Positions 48,561 through 58,698 of a DNA stretch of 64,000 bases are shown here, in pieces. The notes under the pieces are model-generated. The model saw nothing but the letters and a program-made list of their open reading frames with translations. It did not search any database and was not told the DNA's origin. Position 1 is the stretch's first letter. Each line of letters opens with the position of its first letter. The position numbers were made by a program, and so were the translations under genes. The stretch covers positions 3,887 to 67,886 of the forward strand of contig JAJYKS010000001.1 in the NCBI GenBank assembly GCA_021788365.1. Reading direction: 5' to 3'. The DNA is from a bacterium. GTDB lineage: Bacteria > Patescibacteriota > Microgenomatia > UBA1400 > UBA12108.

Positions 48561-48633
48561 TGGACCGTGCCGGGCTCGAACCGGCCACCTCTTCATTGCA
48601 AATGAAGTGCTCTACCAGATGAGCTAACGGCCC
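48561..48633 (-). tRNA. tRNA-Ala (anticodon UGC)
   Basis: Minus strand: GGGCCGT-TA-GCTC-ATCTGGTA-GAGC-A-CTTCA-TTTGCAA-TGAAG-AGGTG-GCCGG-TTCGAGC-CCGGC-ACGGTCC-A. The G3:U70 Ala identity pair is present. Lies about 165 nt upstream of the 23S 5' end. Confidence 0.9.
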
Positions 48634-48829
48634 TCCTTCGCTAAAGCTACGGAGGGCAAAGCCCGTCTTAGCTTACGAGGTACGATCTCTATTAAAGGTG
48701 CGAAGGGATTAAAAATCCCGCTCAGGCGGGACTTCACACGAGATACAAATGACGGCTAAAAAGGCGAGGTAGGTGGGACTATGTAGCGCGTTGTTTGCAT
48801 AAAGTGGAATTGACTCCCGAGCGGACGTA

Positions 48830-48859
48830 ATTGTAACCTACATATACCCTAGCGGTCAA
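48830..48859 (-). promoter_or_regulatory. Candidate sigma70-type promoter for the tRNA-Ala/23S/5S unit
   Basis: Minus strand TTGACC (plus 48854-48859), 18 nt spacer, TACAAT (plus 48830-48835). Located between the inverted tRNA-Ile and tRNA-Ala. Confidence 0.3.
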
Positions 48860-48894
48860 GGGGGGGAACGTGATAAAATCCACACTGTTGTTTT

Positions 48895-48970
48895 GGGCGA
48901 TTAGCTCAGCTGGTTAGAGCGCAGTCCTGATAAGACTGAGGTGCATGGTTCGACTCCATGATCGCCCACC
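48895..48970 (+). tRNA. tRNA-Ile (anticodon GAU), on the strand opposite to the rRNA genes
   Basis: Plus strand: GGGCGAT-TA-GCTC-AGCTGGTTA-GAGC-G-CAGTC-CTGATAA-GACTG-AGGTG-CATGG-TTCGACT-CCATG-ATCGCCC-A-CC. The reverse complement does not fold as a tRNA. Confidence 0.85.
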
Positions 48971-48980
48971 GATATGGCAG

Positions 48981-49451
48981 TTACTGTTTCCCCTGTGTGA
49001 TATCTGCAAGAACTTCTTTGGCGTGGGTGACAGGGTTTACCTTTTCGTAGACTTTGTAAATAATTCCTTGTGGATTTATGAGGAATGACGTTCGAGCCGT
49101 TCCTATATAGGTGCGACCCATAAATTTTTTCTCACCCCACACACCATAGTCGGCGACCGTCTTTTTCTCTGTGTCTGCTAGGAGAATAAAGGGAAGATTA
49201 AACTTGCGTGCAAATTTTTTATGACTTGCGACTGAGTCAGTACTGACGCCCAAAACGACGCAGGTGTGTTTGTCAAAGGTGGGAAAACTGTCGCGTAGAG
49301 AGCATGCCTCGGTAGTGCAGCCCGGTGTGTTGTCTTTGGGATAGAAATACACGAGAACCCATTGGCCTTTGTACTGGGAGAGGGATCGCGTTGTTCCATC
49401 TTGGTCAGCGAGCGTAATTTCTGGAGCAATGTCGCCGACTTTGAGTAGCAT
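48981..49451 (-). CDS. bcp: Thiol peroxidase / peroxiredoxin Bcp, located inside the 16S-23S spacer
   Basis: 156 aa. 'VLVYFYPKDNTPGCTTEACSLRDSF' peroxidatic-Cys motif and the Bcp/PrxQ fold throughout. Confidence 0.85.
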   Translation of the reverse strand: MLLKVGDIAPEITLADQDGTTRSLSQYKGQWVLVYFYPKDNTPGCTTEACSLRDSFPTFDKHTCVVLGVSTDSVASHKKFARKFNLPFILLADTEKKTVADYGVWGEKKFMGRTYIGTARTSFLINPQGIIYKVYEKVNPVTHAKEVLADITQGKQ

Positions 49452-49465
49452 ACTTACATTGTATC

Positions 49466-49494
49466 AGTAATTAGATACAAAAAATCCCACGGGT
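49466..49494 (-). terminator. Rho-independent terminator-like hairpin between the 16S 3' end and the bcp start
   Basis: Minus strand ATCCCACGTAACCCGTGGGAT followed by TTTTTTGT (plus 49466-49494). Lies 170 nt downstream of the 16S 3' end and 15-20 nt upstream of the bcp ATG. Confidence 0.45.
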
Positions 49495-49572
49495 TACGTG
49501 GGATTAGTTTGTTAGTACGTTTCGCGAAGTTCAACTTTTGCAAAGAGATGGTAGCACTCGAATTCTTTTAAG

Positions 49573-49602
49573 GTTCGGTTATGTTTAAACAGATAACCGA
49601 AC
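49573..49602. promoter_or_regulatory. Perfect 30-nt palindrome GGTTCGGTTATGTTTAAACAGATAACCGAAC in the 16S 3' trailer
   Basis: Exact inverted repeat centred on GTTTAAAC, seen directly in the sequence. Could be an rRNA processing stem or a protein-binding operator. Confidence 0.3.
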
Positions 49603-49663
49603 AAATGCTGTGGACGTATACAATTCCCCATACAGGGCGGGTCGTGATACCCTTTATACTCCT

Positions 49664-51150
<1,487 letters not shown>

Positions 51151-51337
51151 AAAAAAGTTTGATTCCTAAAGAATTGCTCAAAAGAAAAACGGTACTACCA
51201 TCTCTTTGAAAAGTTGATAGATTTTTTTCCAATTTACTGCTAAAAAATTGACTATTGTTTGCGTACTATTGTTGTCTATTTATATGTTAAGGAGCGAGTA
51301 TATGTGAGGCCCTTCGACAAGCTCAGGGTCGTAGACA

Positions 51338-51362
51338 CTAAAAAGCCCTGTCTCTGCAGGGC
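51338..51362 (-). terminator. Rho-independent terminator candidate downstream of ORF 51460..52134
   Basis: Minus strand GCCCTGCAGAGACAGGGC followed by TTTTTAGTGT (plus 51340-51362). Confidence 0.4.
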
Positions 51363-51459
51363 CTACCCTAAACGAGACATTAGGCAAAGTGTATTCACAT
51401 ATGTAGGATGCTATTGTAACACGAAAACCGGAGGACGCAATATAGATACTGTACGATTA

Positions 51460-52134
51460 CTACTTTGTTCTGTAGTCCTTTCCTCCGTCTAGTATGGTCT
51501 GAACGTTCATGAGCAATCTAATCGATTCGGGCTGATGAACTCCAATGGTCGCTTTTTCTTCATCGATTCTTTTTGCAAGATTCTTAAGCGCAAGCATGTC
51601 GGCTGGCACATTACTTTTACTTGAAAAGTCGACGATATATGCAACAAAGCCCCACAGTTCACCAACCTTTAACTCGCCGACAACGGCTGTTGCTTGCAAC
51701 GTTGAAAATTTCTCCGACCTGTCCCGTAGCTGTATGGCAAACTGCAGGAATGGGTCGCGGTTATCTTGAACGCGATCGTCCGTTGATAGATTTCCTATAA
51801 TAGTTTCTGGTAGATCTTTAAGTGGGTGACGGATACCATCGCTTCCTGTAGATACATCGTCTAAAAGTGCGTTGAATATGACAGCGGTCACTCCTGGCTC
51901 GACTGTTGCTTCCTCATTATCCTTCCCCACCTCATGCATGACACTCAGCAATACATTAAAATCGACCCCTGCCCTGTTTAACGTTGCTAGTTTCTCCGTA
52001 TCTATGTTTTCATGAATTAGTGTTAACCCTCTGGGTGACCTCGGTTCTACTCCGGACTCTGGAGCCCTCGTCAAGATTGTTCTGGCAACAAACTTTTGTA
52101 CATTGGTTAATTCGCCAGTATCAATAATTGTCAT
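51460..52134 (-). CDS. Hypothetical acidic cytoplasmic protein
   Basis: 224 aa, no transmembrane segment and no recognised motif. 14-nt overlap with the galE 3' end, so co-transcribed with galE. Confidence 0.5.
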   Translation of the reverse strand: MTIIDTGELTNVQKFVARTILTRAPESGVEPRSPRGLTLIHENIDTEKLATLNRAGVDFNVLLSVMHEVGKDNEEATVEPGVTAVIFNALLDDVSTGSDGIRHPLKDLPETIIGNLSTDDRVQDNRDPFLQFAIQLRDRSEKFSTLQATAVVGELKVGELWGFVAYIVDFSSKSNVPADMLALKNLAKRIDEEKATIGVHQPESIRLLMNVQTILDGGKDYRTK

Positions 52135-53149
52135 TTTTATCCTTGCTGTGCCAAGCGTAGGCGGTTTTTATAATCGTTTCGAGATCGCTATATTTGGGAG
52201 ACCAGGACAGCTCGGAGCGCAGGCGGGAGGAGTCGGCGACCAGCTCGTTGGCGTCTCCTGGGCGGCGCGGAGCGAATTTTACTTTAATTTTTTGTGATCC
52301 TTCGACATGCTCAGGATCTATCTGAGCATAGTCAGATGCGACTTTCTCCACCATTTTTACAATCTCGAGGTTGCTGTAGCCGTGGCCAGTGCCAGCGTTA
52401 TAACACGTGGTCATAGGTAATGGGTCATTTGTCATGAGGTGGACAGCGGCGAGGCGGAAGGCCTCGGCAAGGTCAAGGACATGGATGTAATCGCGTACAC
52501 AGGTGCCGTCCGGCGTGGGGTAGTCGTTACCAAACATCTTAAACTCTTTCCCTTCCATCTGGGCTCTGATCACGCTTGGGATAATGTGCGATTCGTCGTG
52601 ATGGTCTTCCCCGAGCGAGCTATCTAAAGTAGCGCCCGCGGCATTGAAAAAGCGGATACTGATACTCCGGAAACCGTACGCCTTGTCGTACCACTTGAGG
52701 AGGCGCTCGACCGTGAGCTTTGTTTCACCATAGGGGTTCTCCGGCTCCTTGGGATCATTTTCCGGGATCGGCACGTGTACCGGATTCCCATATACTCCGG
52801 CGGTACTCGCAAAGACTAGTTTGTGCACTCCTGCACCTATCATGGACTCTATGAGTGAAAGCGATCCCAACACGTTGTTGCCGTAGTATTTCCGGGGATT
52901 GGCGACCGACTCACCCATCTGGATGTAGGCTGCAAAATGCATAACGACGTCGGGGTGAAAATTGCGTAACGTCTTGTCTAGCGTTTTTTTGTCGAGTAAG
53001 CCACCTTTCACGTACGGAATATCTTTTAATTTTGTCGGCGTGTGCGAGACAAAATGATCGTAGACCAAGACGTTGTGACCTGCCTTCTCCAGTTCTTTAG
53101 CGGTAATTGCACCGATATAGCCCGCACCGCCGGTAATTAAAATTCTCAT
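52121..53149 (-). CDS. galE: UDP-glucose 4-epimerase
   Basis: The ORF track start is a TTG at 53164. ATG 53149 gives MRILITGGAGYIGAITAKELEKAGHNVLVYD. The YxxxK and GalE C-terminal domain are conserved. Confidence 0.85.
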   Translation of the reverse strand: MRILITGGAGYIGAITAKELEKAGHNVLVYDHFVSHTPTKLKDIPYVKGGLLDKKTLDKTLRNFHPDVVMHFAAYIQMGESVANPRKYYGNNVLGSLSLIESMIGAGVHKLVFASTAGVYGNPVHVPIPENDPKEPENPYGETKLTVERLLKWYDKAYGFRSISIRFFNAAGATLDSSLGEDHHDESHIIPSVIRAQMEGKEFKMFGNDYPTPDGTCVRDYIHVLDLAEAFRLAAVHLMTNDPLPMTTCYNAGTGHGYSNLEIVKMVEKVASDYAQIDPEHVEGSQKIKVKFAPRRPGDANELVADSSRLRSELSWSPKYSDLETIIKTAYAWHSKDKNDNY

Positions 53150-53195
53150 TTTTTCAGTTTCCAATTTTTATTCAATTTTCAATTAATCAATTTGC
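53150..53195 (-). promoter_or_regulatory. AT-rich AATTGAAAATTG-type upstream element (galE)
   Basis: Minus strand ...TTGATTAATTGAAAATTGAATAAAAATTGGAAACTGAAAAA followed by ATG 53149. Confidence 0.35.
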
Positions 53196-53543
53196 AAACT
53201 TGTTATATCTTCGCAAGATACAGACAAATAGTAAAGCGCTCAGGGTGTCGAGCGCCCAGTCGTACACACTCATGTGGCGGCCAGCGACGAAGGACTGGTG
53301 GATTTCGGTCGCTGCGCCGAGAGCCGAGGCGATAACCAGAGCATACCAAAATCTGGCTTTTGACTTTGAGAGTGCCAAGTAGGCGAGAACTCCCTCCATA
53401 CCGAAGAAAAAGATGTGACCGCCCTTGGAGATGACAAACTGTTCGAGCGAGTCGGGGGTGACGCGGAGATTGGGCACGCCGGTCAAGTACCACGTAAACC
53501 AAGTCCAGATGGCGAAGGCGACCCAAAATGAATACTTTTTCAT
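53187..53543 (-). CDS. VanZ-like family membrane protein
   Basis: Likely start MKKYSFW at 53543. Four transmembrane helices with the conserved VanZ pattern (…GGHIFFFGMEGVLAYL…ATEIHQSFVAGRHMSVYDWALDT…). Confidence 0.55.
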   Translation of the reverse strand: MKKYSFWVAFAIWTWFTWYLTGVPNLRVTPDSLEQFVISKGGHIFFFGMEGVLAYLALSKSKARFWYALVIASALGAATEIHQSFVAGRHMSVYDWALDTLSALLFVCILRRYNKFAN

Positions 53544-53595
53544 AATGCTAAGTATACCGTAAGGGTTCGACCTGCCCTTCGGGTTGGGCACTTCC

Positions 53596-54432
53596 TTACA
53601 GGTCGAACCCTTTTTGGCGCTGGCGGTATTTACGGTATCCAAGGAAACCGGCTACCGATGAGAGAGAAAGTCCAGAGCCTATCTCCACTACGATTTTTGC
53701 TCGTTCGCGGTTGAGGGAGGGTGACCTATCCTGCAAGGAATCTCCTTGTAGACTGGCCGGCGTGGGGGAACTGGTAAAGGCGGAGAGATCGACAATTGCT
53801 TCCCCTGCAACCGTTCCTGATCCAGTCGCCTCAAGCTCGGGAGATGGAGACGGATATATGCTTGCCATGGGGGAGGGAGTAACTATCGGGGACGGGGTGG
53901 GGGTGGACGACGGCGAGGGAGTGGGCGAGGGAGGGGGAGAGGGCGACGGAGAGAGTGAGGGAGATGGCGAGGGGGCGGGACATGGATTTATTTCGCCGGT
54001 GTTTGTGGCTTCTCTCGTTGCGGACGAGAACCGAACCCACGGGAGTTGTCCGTCACGTTCCCGTCCGATCGATTCACCACTCCCCGGCGCACAGATTGCG
54101 TCTTCATATCCATAGCTTATACTATCCACGAGACTTGTCCCCTCTTTTTCGAATAGCTCGACAATGTCGGCGTCTCTGTTTAACTTGTTGCTAAAGCTTA
54201 TGAGCACGTACTCAGCCGAGGGTGAACCTATTTTTGTGTCGGTCGGTATTATCTTTTTGTTCCCTGCTTCGTCTTGCAAAAACCAATCGCCGATATCCGT
54301 CTCCACGTCGGCAAATAGCTCCACCCAGTCGCCGGAGCTTTCATAGGAACTCACTTCGTTTATCGATACCGCAGCAAAACTTTTTTTGCAAAAGAAAACC
54401 GTGGCAAACGCCGCCAACAGCATCCATTTCAT
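53596..54432 (-). CDS. Secreted lamin-tail-domain (LTD) protein with Ser/Pro linker and C-terminal transmembrane anchor
   Basis: ATG 54432 gives signal peptide MKWMLLAAFATVFFCKKSFA. 'AVSINEVSSYESSGDWVELFA' is the LTD hallmark. (PS)n linker. C-terminal hydrophobic segment plus 'YRKYRQRQKGFDL'. Confidence 0.6.
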   Translation of the reverse strand: MKWMLLAAFATVFFCKKSFAAVSINEVSSYESSGDWVELFADVETDIGDWFLQDEAGNKKIIPTDTKIGSPSAEYVLISFSNKLNRDADIVELFEKEGTSLVDSISYGYEDAICAPGSGESIGRERDGQLPWVRFSSATREATNTGEINPCPAPSPSPSLSPSPSPPPSPTPSPSSTPTPSPIVTPSPMASIYPSPSPELEATGSGTVAGEAIVDLSAFTSSPTPASLQGDSLQDRSPSLNRERAKIVVEIGSGLSLSSVAGFLGYRKYRQRQKGFDL

Positions 54433-54460
54433 AAAAACAGTATAGCAAATTGGCTCGTTT

Positions 54461-55390
54461 TTATTTACAGGTTTTCGAGCAGTATGCCGGGCTATTACGC
54501 CTCCAGCCACATCGTAGGTTACAGATATACGTGCTTATGGGCCTCGTAATTATAGTGAGAATGGGTGGGCGGGGTGTCGGAGTTGGGGTGGGGGTGCGGG
54601 TGGGTACGGGAGTCGGTGTGGGACAAACTACAGTCTGGGAACAGGAGCCGCCGACAGCACAGACATTTTGGTAATAGCAGCCCTGGGGAAGTGGTTTGAC
54701 CGTGGGCACGGGGATCGCTGTCGGCACCGGGCACACGACTTGTGCGGGGCATGGTGCTTGAATACATTGGACTTCTTTTAGGTAACAGTTTGGTGGGATG
54801 GGTGAGGGTGAAGGCTTGAGCGAAGGAATCGGGGTAGCAGTCGGCATGATTGACGGTGCCGGGCACATATCAGGGGTCACCGGAATTAGGCATCGAGGGA
54901 TGGTATCTAGACACGCCGGGCGGGGTGTACATGTGGCAACGGGAGTGGAGGTGGGCGTCGGCACCGGTGTAGGAATTGGTGAGGGCACTGCGCAGCTTGA
55001 GCGGCACGACTGTTGCGCATTCGCCAGTGCCTGACTAATGTCGGTGCATACCCCCAAGGCTTGGACGGTGCTGTAGTTCCCTGAGGTTGTGCCACAAGAA
55101 TATGAGTATGTGCGGAAACTCGTACCGCCACAATAATCGCTCGCATTGAAGTTGGTTATGTTTTGGTTACACGTTATCGGCGACGGAACCGGCACACTTG
55201 AGCCGATGGGCGGAGTGACCGGAACTGGCCCTCCCTCGCTAACGTAGGCGATACGGGCTGGACGGGTGAATAAAAAATATCCGCCGAAAGCGATCGCGAT
55301 AATAGCCACGATGACGAGCGCTAGTTTTCCTGCGAGCGGGACGCGTCGTCTTGGGACCGCAGCTGATGGCAATAATTCTTGTTCATTCAT
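54461..55390 (-). CDS. Type-II-anchored Cys/Pro-rich extracellular protein, hypothetical
   Basis: 309 aa. N-terminal transmembrane segment (LALVIVAIIAIAFGGYFLF), then many C..C / CP.P motifs and Pro/Thr-rich repeats. Confidence 0.5.
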   Translation of the reverse strand: MNEQELLPSAAVPRRRVPLAGKLALVIVAIIAIAFGGYFLFTRPARIAYVSEGGPVPVTPPIGSSVPVPSPITCNQNITNFNASDYCGGTSFRTYSYSCGTTSGNYSTVQALGVCTDISQALANAQQSCRSSCAVPSPIPTPVPTPTSTPVATCTPRPACLDTIPRCLIPVTPDMCPAPSIMPTATPIPSLKPSPSPIPPNCYLKEVQCIQAPCPAQVVCPVPTAIPVPTVKPLPQGCYYQNVCAVGGSCSQTVVCPTPTPVPTRTPTPTPTPRPPILTIITRPISTYICNLRCGWRRNSPAYCSKTCK

Positions 55391-55410
55391 ACGATAGTAA
55401 TCATAGTAGA

Positions 55411-56601
55411 ATGAAAACTATGCGTACGTCAAGTAGGCCAGTACAGTGGTATATGGCCTTTGGATTTTTAGCCACCCCCCTATTCTTTTGGCCAACATAT
55501 TTTTCACCATACGAGCCACCAAAAGTTTGGTTTCTAGCGCTGTGGGTGGTCGGTGCACTGGGGCTTACACTACTCAACCACTACGGCCGCGACAATAGCA
55601 ATCGACTATTAGCCTGGCTCATTTTTGGGCTTTTTGCAGAGTTAACTATCACTTCGCTCGTGAGTGGTAGATTTTTTACTAGCGTATGGGGGAACCCATA
55701 TCGAATGGACGGGTTGATCGCACTTGCAGCGCTCGTCGTACTGGCGTTTATAGTTGCGCTCATTTGGAACGGTAAACTGGGAGAAAAAATCATAATGGCG
55801 ATCGCCATAGCTACCGGAGTTCTTTCGTTGTGGGCGGTGGGGGCGACATTTTATTCAGCACTCGTACCTGCTTCCGCATGGTGGCAGGGACGGGTGGCGT
55901 TGTCGTTCGGCAATCCTACGGCACTGTCCGGATATTTAGGAGTAAGTTTACCCTTTAGTTACTACGCCTATAAACATTTTTTTGAGAAACGCCGCACCCT
56001 CCGAGGAGCGTTACTTATACAGATAGCGGCGATTATTCTTACTCGGACGATTGGAGGGCTATTGTGCTTGGCGTTGTTCGGCATTTATCTGTTTCGTCAT
56101 CGTCTTTCGCGAGCGATCCTGATTATCATCTTTGGTATAGCCATTGCTGCGGCTCTCGGGTTTTATGAATACTTTTCTGTGCGTGTCCGAAATCCCGGAT
56201 ATATCGTTGCGGAAGACCGAGCACGGATACTTATGAAGGGGGTAATCGCTATTGCCGACAGACCGGTTTGGGGTTGGGGATGGGCACAGTTTTCCCGTGC
56301 GTTTAGCACAATCGATTGGCCAACTCATTACAATGTCGACGCGATGGTAGATCGGCCACATTCCAGTCTGCTGGATATGGGAGTTTCCGGGGGGATACCG
56401 GCGCTTGTTATATATGTGACGATACTGGCTATCAGTTTGGTAACGCTGGTCAAGCGACAAAATTTTCTTTGCACTACACTGGCTATGGTATTAATTATGT
56501 ACGTTGTACAAAGCCAAACCAACATCACATCAGTTGCGGAAGATATGCTTGCATGGTTTGTCATAGGGGTAGCACTTAGTTATAAATTTTCGCTTGGATG
56601 A
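55411..56601 (+). CDS. O-antigen ligase/polymerase-like membrane protein (Wzy_C / WaaL family)
   Basis: The ORF track starts at a TTG 55351. Start ATG 55411 or 55453. About 10 transmembrane segments. Large external loop with 'RARILMKGVIAIADRPVWGWGWAQF...HSSLLDMGVSGGIPAL', typical of the Wzy_C domain. Confidence 0.6.
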   Translation: MKTMRTSSRPVQWYMAFGFLATPLFFWPTYFSPYEPPKVWFLALWVVGALGLTLLNHYGRDNSNRLLAWLIFGLFAELTITSLVSGRFFTSVWGNPYRMDGLIALAALVVLAFIVALIWNGKLGEKIIMAIAIATGVLSLWAVGATFYSALVPASAWWQGRVALSFGNPTALSGYLGVSLPFSYYAYKHFFEKRRTLRGALLIQIAAIILTRTIGGLLCLALFGIYLFRHRLSRAILIIIFGIAIAAALGFYEYFSVRVRNPGYIVAEDRARILMKGVIAIADRPVWGWGWAQFSRAFSTIDWPTHYNVDAMVDRPHSSLLDMGVSGGIPALVIYVTILAISLVTLVKRQNFLCTTLAMVLIMYVVQSQTNITSVAEDMLAWFVIGVALSYKFSLG

Positions 56602-57832
56602 TGGCCCACGTGCTGTAGTGATCTTTTAGCGATACGTTCATGGCTCCTGGGTATTCAGGATCGTTGATCTTAAAGCTGTCTCCATCTACCGAACGCAAAA
56701 CCACCCAGTGATCGGAGTAGTGGGTGGGCGCAGGTCCGCCATTCATTGATAAGCCGGCTATTACCACTTTGCCGGAGTTTAGCGCGTCACGAAGGCTCTG
56801 CATGCTAGGGTTATTTACATCGGTCGCGTTATGGCCATTGGCAGACGGGCCGGGACTATTGAAAAGGGCGGTTATTGAGTAAAAATTACTTGAGTTGGTT
56901 GCGACATCTGAGGGAATGAGTGAGCCGCCGTAGTGAGAGACGACCATCGTGTAGGATGTAACCAGACATCCAACCCGAGCTATCGTACACGGACCACCAC
57001 AGTCATTGCTACCGTTGATGACTACATTTCCCCAATTGGCATCTCTCTGGTTGAAGTACTTGCCCCAGCTGTCTGACAAATCTTGGTGTGGCAGTAGCGA
57101 GACACCGACTGACTCGGCATAGTTTGAGAGGGCTGCCAGCTGCGCCTGGGCGGTCGAGAGGAGTTTTTGGTATTGTGATTCACTATTTTTTGTGGCCGTA
57201 AGAAGTTGGTTTTTGGTCGCGACCTGGTTGGCAAGGTCTGCCTGTTGATTATCCAGTTTTCGTTTTGCTGCCACGATCTGTGCTTGCAATGCTTCCTTTT
57301 GCGATTTTTGCGTGTTGTAATCGAGGCGCGCTGATTCAAGTTGCAGGAGTAGCTCCTGGTCATGGTCGCGTACACGTTTGGCGTATTCTAGGTTGCGGAT
57401 GAGATCGGGTATCCCCCCTGCTTCTGCGACAATGGTGAGCGGGCCATCAGCTTTGTACATATAGGTTTCGCGGACACGGACGACAAACAACTTTGTCAGA
57501 TCTGTGAGGGAATAATCGAGGCTCTCTATTTTGCCAGAAAGGTCAGTAATCTCGAGGTTTAGCGATTTTAGTTCTTGCTGGGTTTCGTATATTTGCGCTT
57601 GTGTCAGGCTAATTTGATTGTTTAGGTACGCGATAGCCGATGCAAGCGTTTTTTGCTGACCCTGACTGTCGGCGATTTTATTTTTACAATCGGTAATGTA
57701 ATCCCGCAAAACGCCAGGTGGGGCGCCGGTTGGATCCTCGCCACAGACGAGTGCATACGCGGGGCTCGAAACAGCGCGCAGCACACCGAACACAGCGAGT
57801 GAGAATACGATAGCAAACAAATACTTTTTCAT
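56576..57832 (-). CDS. PcsB-like secreted peptidoglycan hydrolase (coiled-coil domain + C-terminal cysteine-peptidase/CHAP-like domain)
   Basis: Start ATG 57832 (MKKYLFAIVFSLAVF...) forms an ATGA overlap with the ftsX stop. About 200 aa Gln/Leu-rich coiled coil. C-terminal 'CGGPCTIARVGCLVTSY...HYSDHWVVL' Cys/His pair. Confidence 0.6.
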   Translation of the reverse strand: MKKYLFAIVFSLAVFGVLRAVSSPAYALVCGEDPTGAPPGVLRDYITDCKNKIADSQGQQKTLASAIAYLNNQISLTQAQIYETQQELKSLNLEITDLSGKIESLDYSLTDLTKLFVVRVRETYMYKADGPLTIVAEAGGIPDLIRNLEYAKRVRDHDQELLLQLESARLDYNTQKSQKEALQAQIVAAKRKLDNQQADLANQVATKNQLLTATKNSESQYQKLLSTAQAQLAALSNYAESVGVSLLPHQDLSDSWGKYFNQRDANWGNVVINGSNDCGGPCTIARVGCLVTSYTMVVSHYGGSLIPSDVATNSSNFYSITALFNSPGPSANGHNATDVNNPSMQSLRDALNSGKVVIAGLSMNGGPAPTHYSDHWVVLRSVDGDSFKINDPEYPGAMNVSLKDHYSTWAIIQAKIYN

Positions 57833-58698
57833 CTTCCGTAACGGCGGGTCGCGATCATGCTGGCAAAGCCGCCCAATAGTATCCCCAACACTAATTCTCC
57901 CCCCAGCAGTGCGCCCATAATCCACAGTGGCACCGGCAAAAGCGGGATACCCTGGAGGAATGAGGCAAGAGGCGGCGTTGCATACAGGAGCGAAACGTAC
58001 GCGGCTCCCCAGCCCATCCCGGCACCAATAAGTCCATAGGCAATCCCCTCAAGAACAAACGGCCCGCGGATATACCACGAGGTTGCACCCAAGAGTGATA
58101 ATGTTTTAATCTCGGCACGACGGGCGGTGAACTTTAATCCTAGGATGACCACAATGGTCACGAGGGAAGCAAAAAGAAGTAATCCGGAGAGCACCACTCC
58201 AGCTATACGCACACCGTTTACCCACTTGGTCAAGGTGTCTACGACGTCTTTTTGGAATACCACTTCCTCGACCGTTGTATCTTTTTGCATAACTGTGGCG
58301 ATGGGCTCCAGATCTGTTGCGTTTTTAGCTGAAACTTCGAGGCTGGCGGGGAGGATGTCCGCTGTCACCATCTCTAGGAGTAGCGGGTTGTCTTTATTTT
58401 GCTCTTTGTAGATTTGTAGGGCCTGATCCTTGGAAATATAGTTCATGCTTTCGACAGTGCCGAGCGCAGAAACCGATGTTTTTAGCGTCTCTACGTCCGC
58501 TGCAGTTGCGCTATCTTTAAAAAATGCCGTGACCTGTGGGCGCGACTCAAAATAGGTGAGCATGCCGTGTGCACCCATGACAACCAGAGCAAAAACGCTC
58601 ACAACAAAAAAGGTAATCGTTGTCAGCACAGCCGCCGCAATGGACTGGTACGGCGAACGGCGCATGTGTTTTAAGGTGGTTCCTAGCTTACGACTCAT
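57829..58698 (-). CDS. ftsX: Cell division permease FtsX
   Basis: Likely start MSRKLGTTLKHMRRSPYQSIAAAVLTTITFFVV at 58698. Four transmembrane segments with a large extracellular loop. 11-nt overlap with ftsE. Confidence 0.8.
   Translation of the reverse strand: MSRKLGTTLKHMRRSPYQSIAAAVLTTITFFVVSVFALVVMGAHGMLTYFESRPQVTAFFKDSATAADVETLKTSVSALGTVESMNYISKDQALQIYKEQNKDNPLLLEMVTADILPASLEVSAKNATDLEPIATVMQKDTTVEEVVFQKDVVDTLTKWVNGVRIAGVVLSGLLLFASLVTIVVILGLKFTARRAEIKTLSLLGATSWYIRGPFVLEGIAYGLIGAGMGWGAAYVSLLYATPPLASFLQGIPLLPVPLWIMGALLGGELVLGILLGGFASMIATRRYGR

Noticed and set aside
53711-55146. Gly/Glu-rich or Pro-rich ORFs antisense to the LTD and Cys/Pro-rich genes (53711..54115 +, 54519..54866 -, 54798..55034 +, 54907..55146 -)
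   Set aside because: They overlap better-supported genes on the opposite strand or in the main frame, and they are driven by PSPS/PTPT repeat codons.
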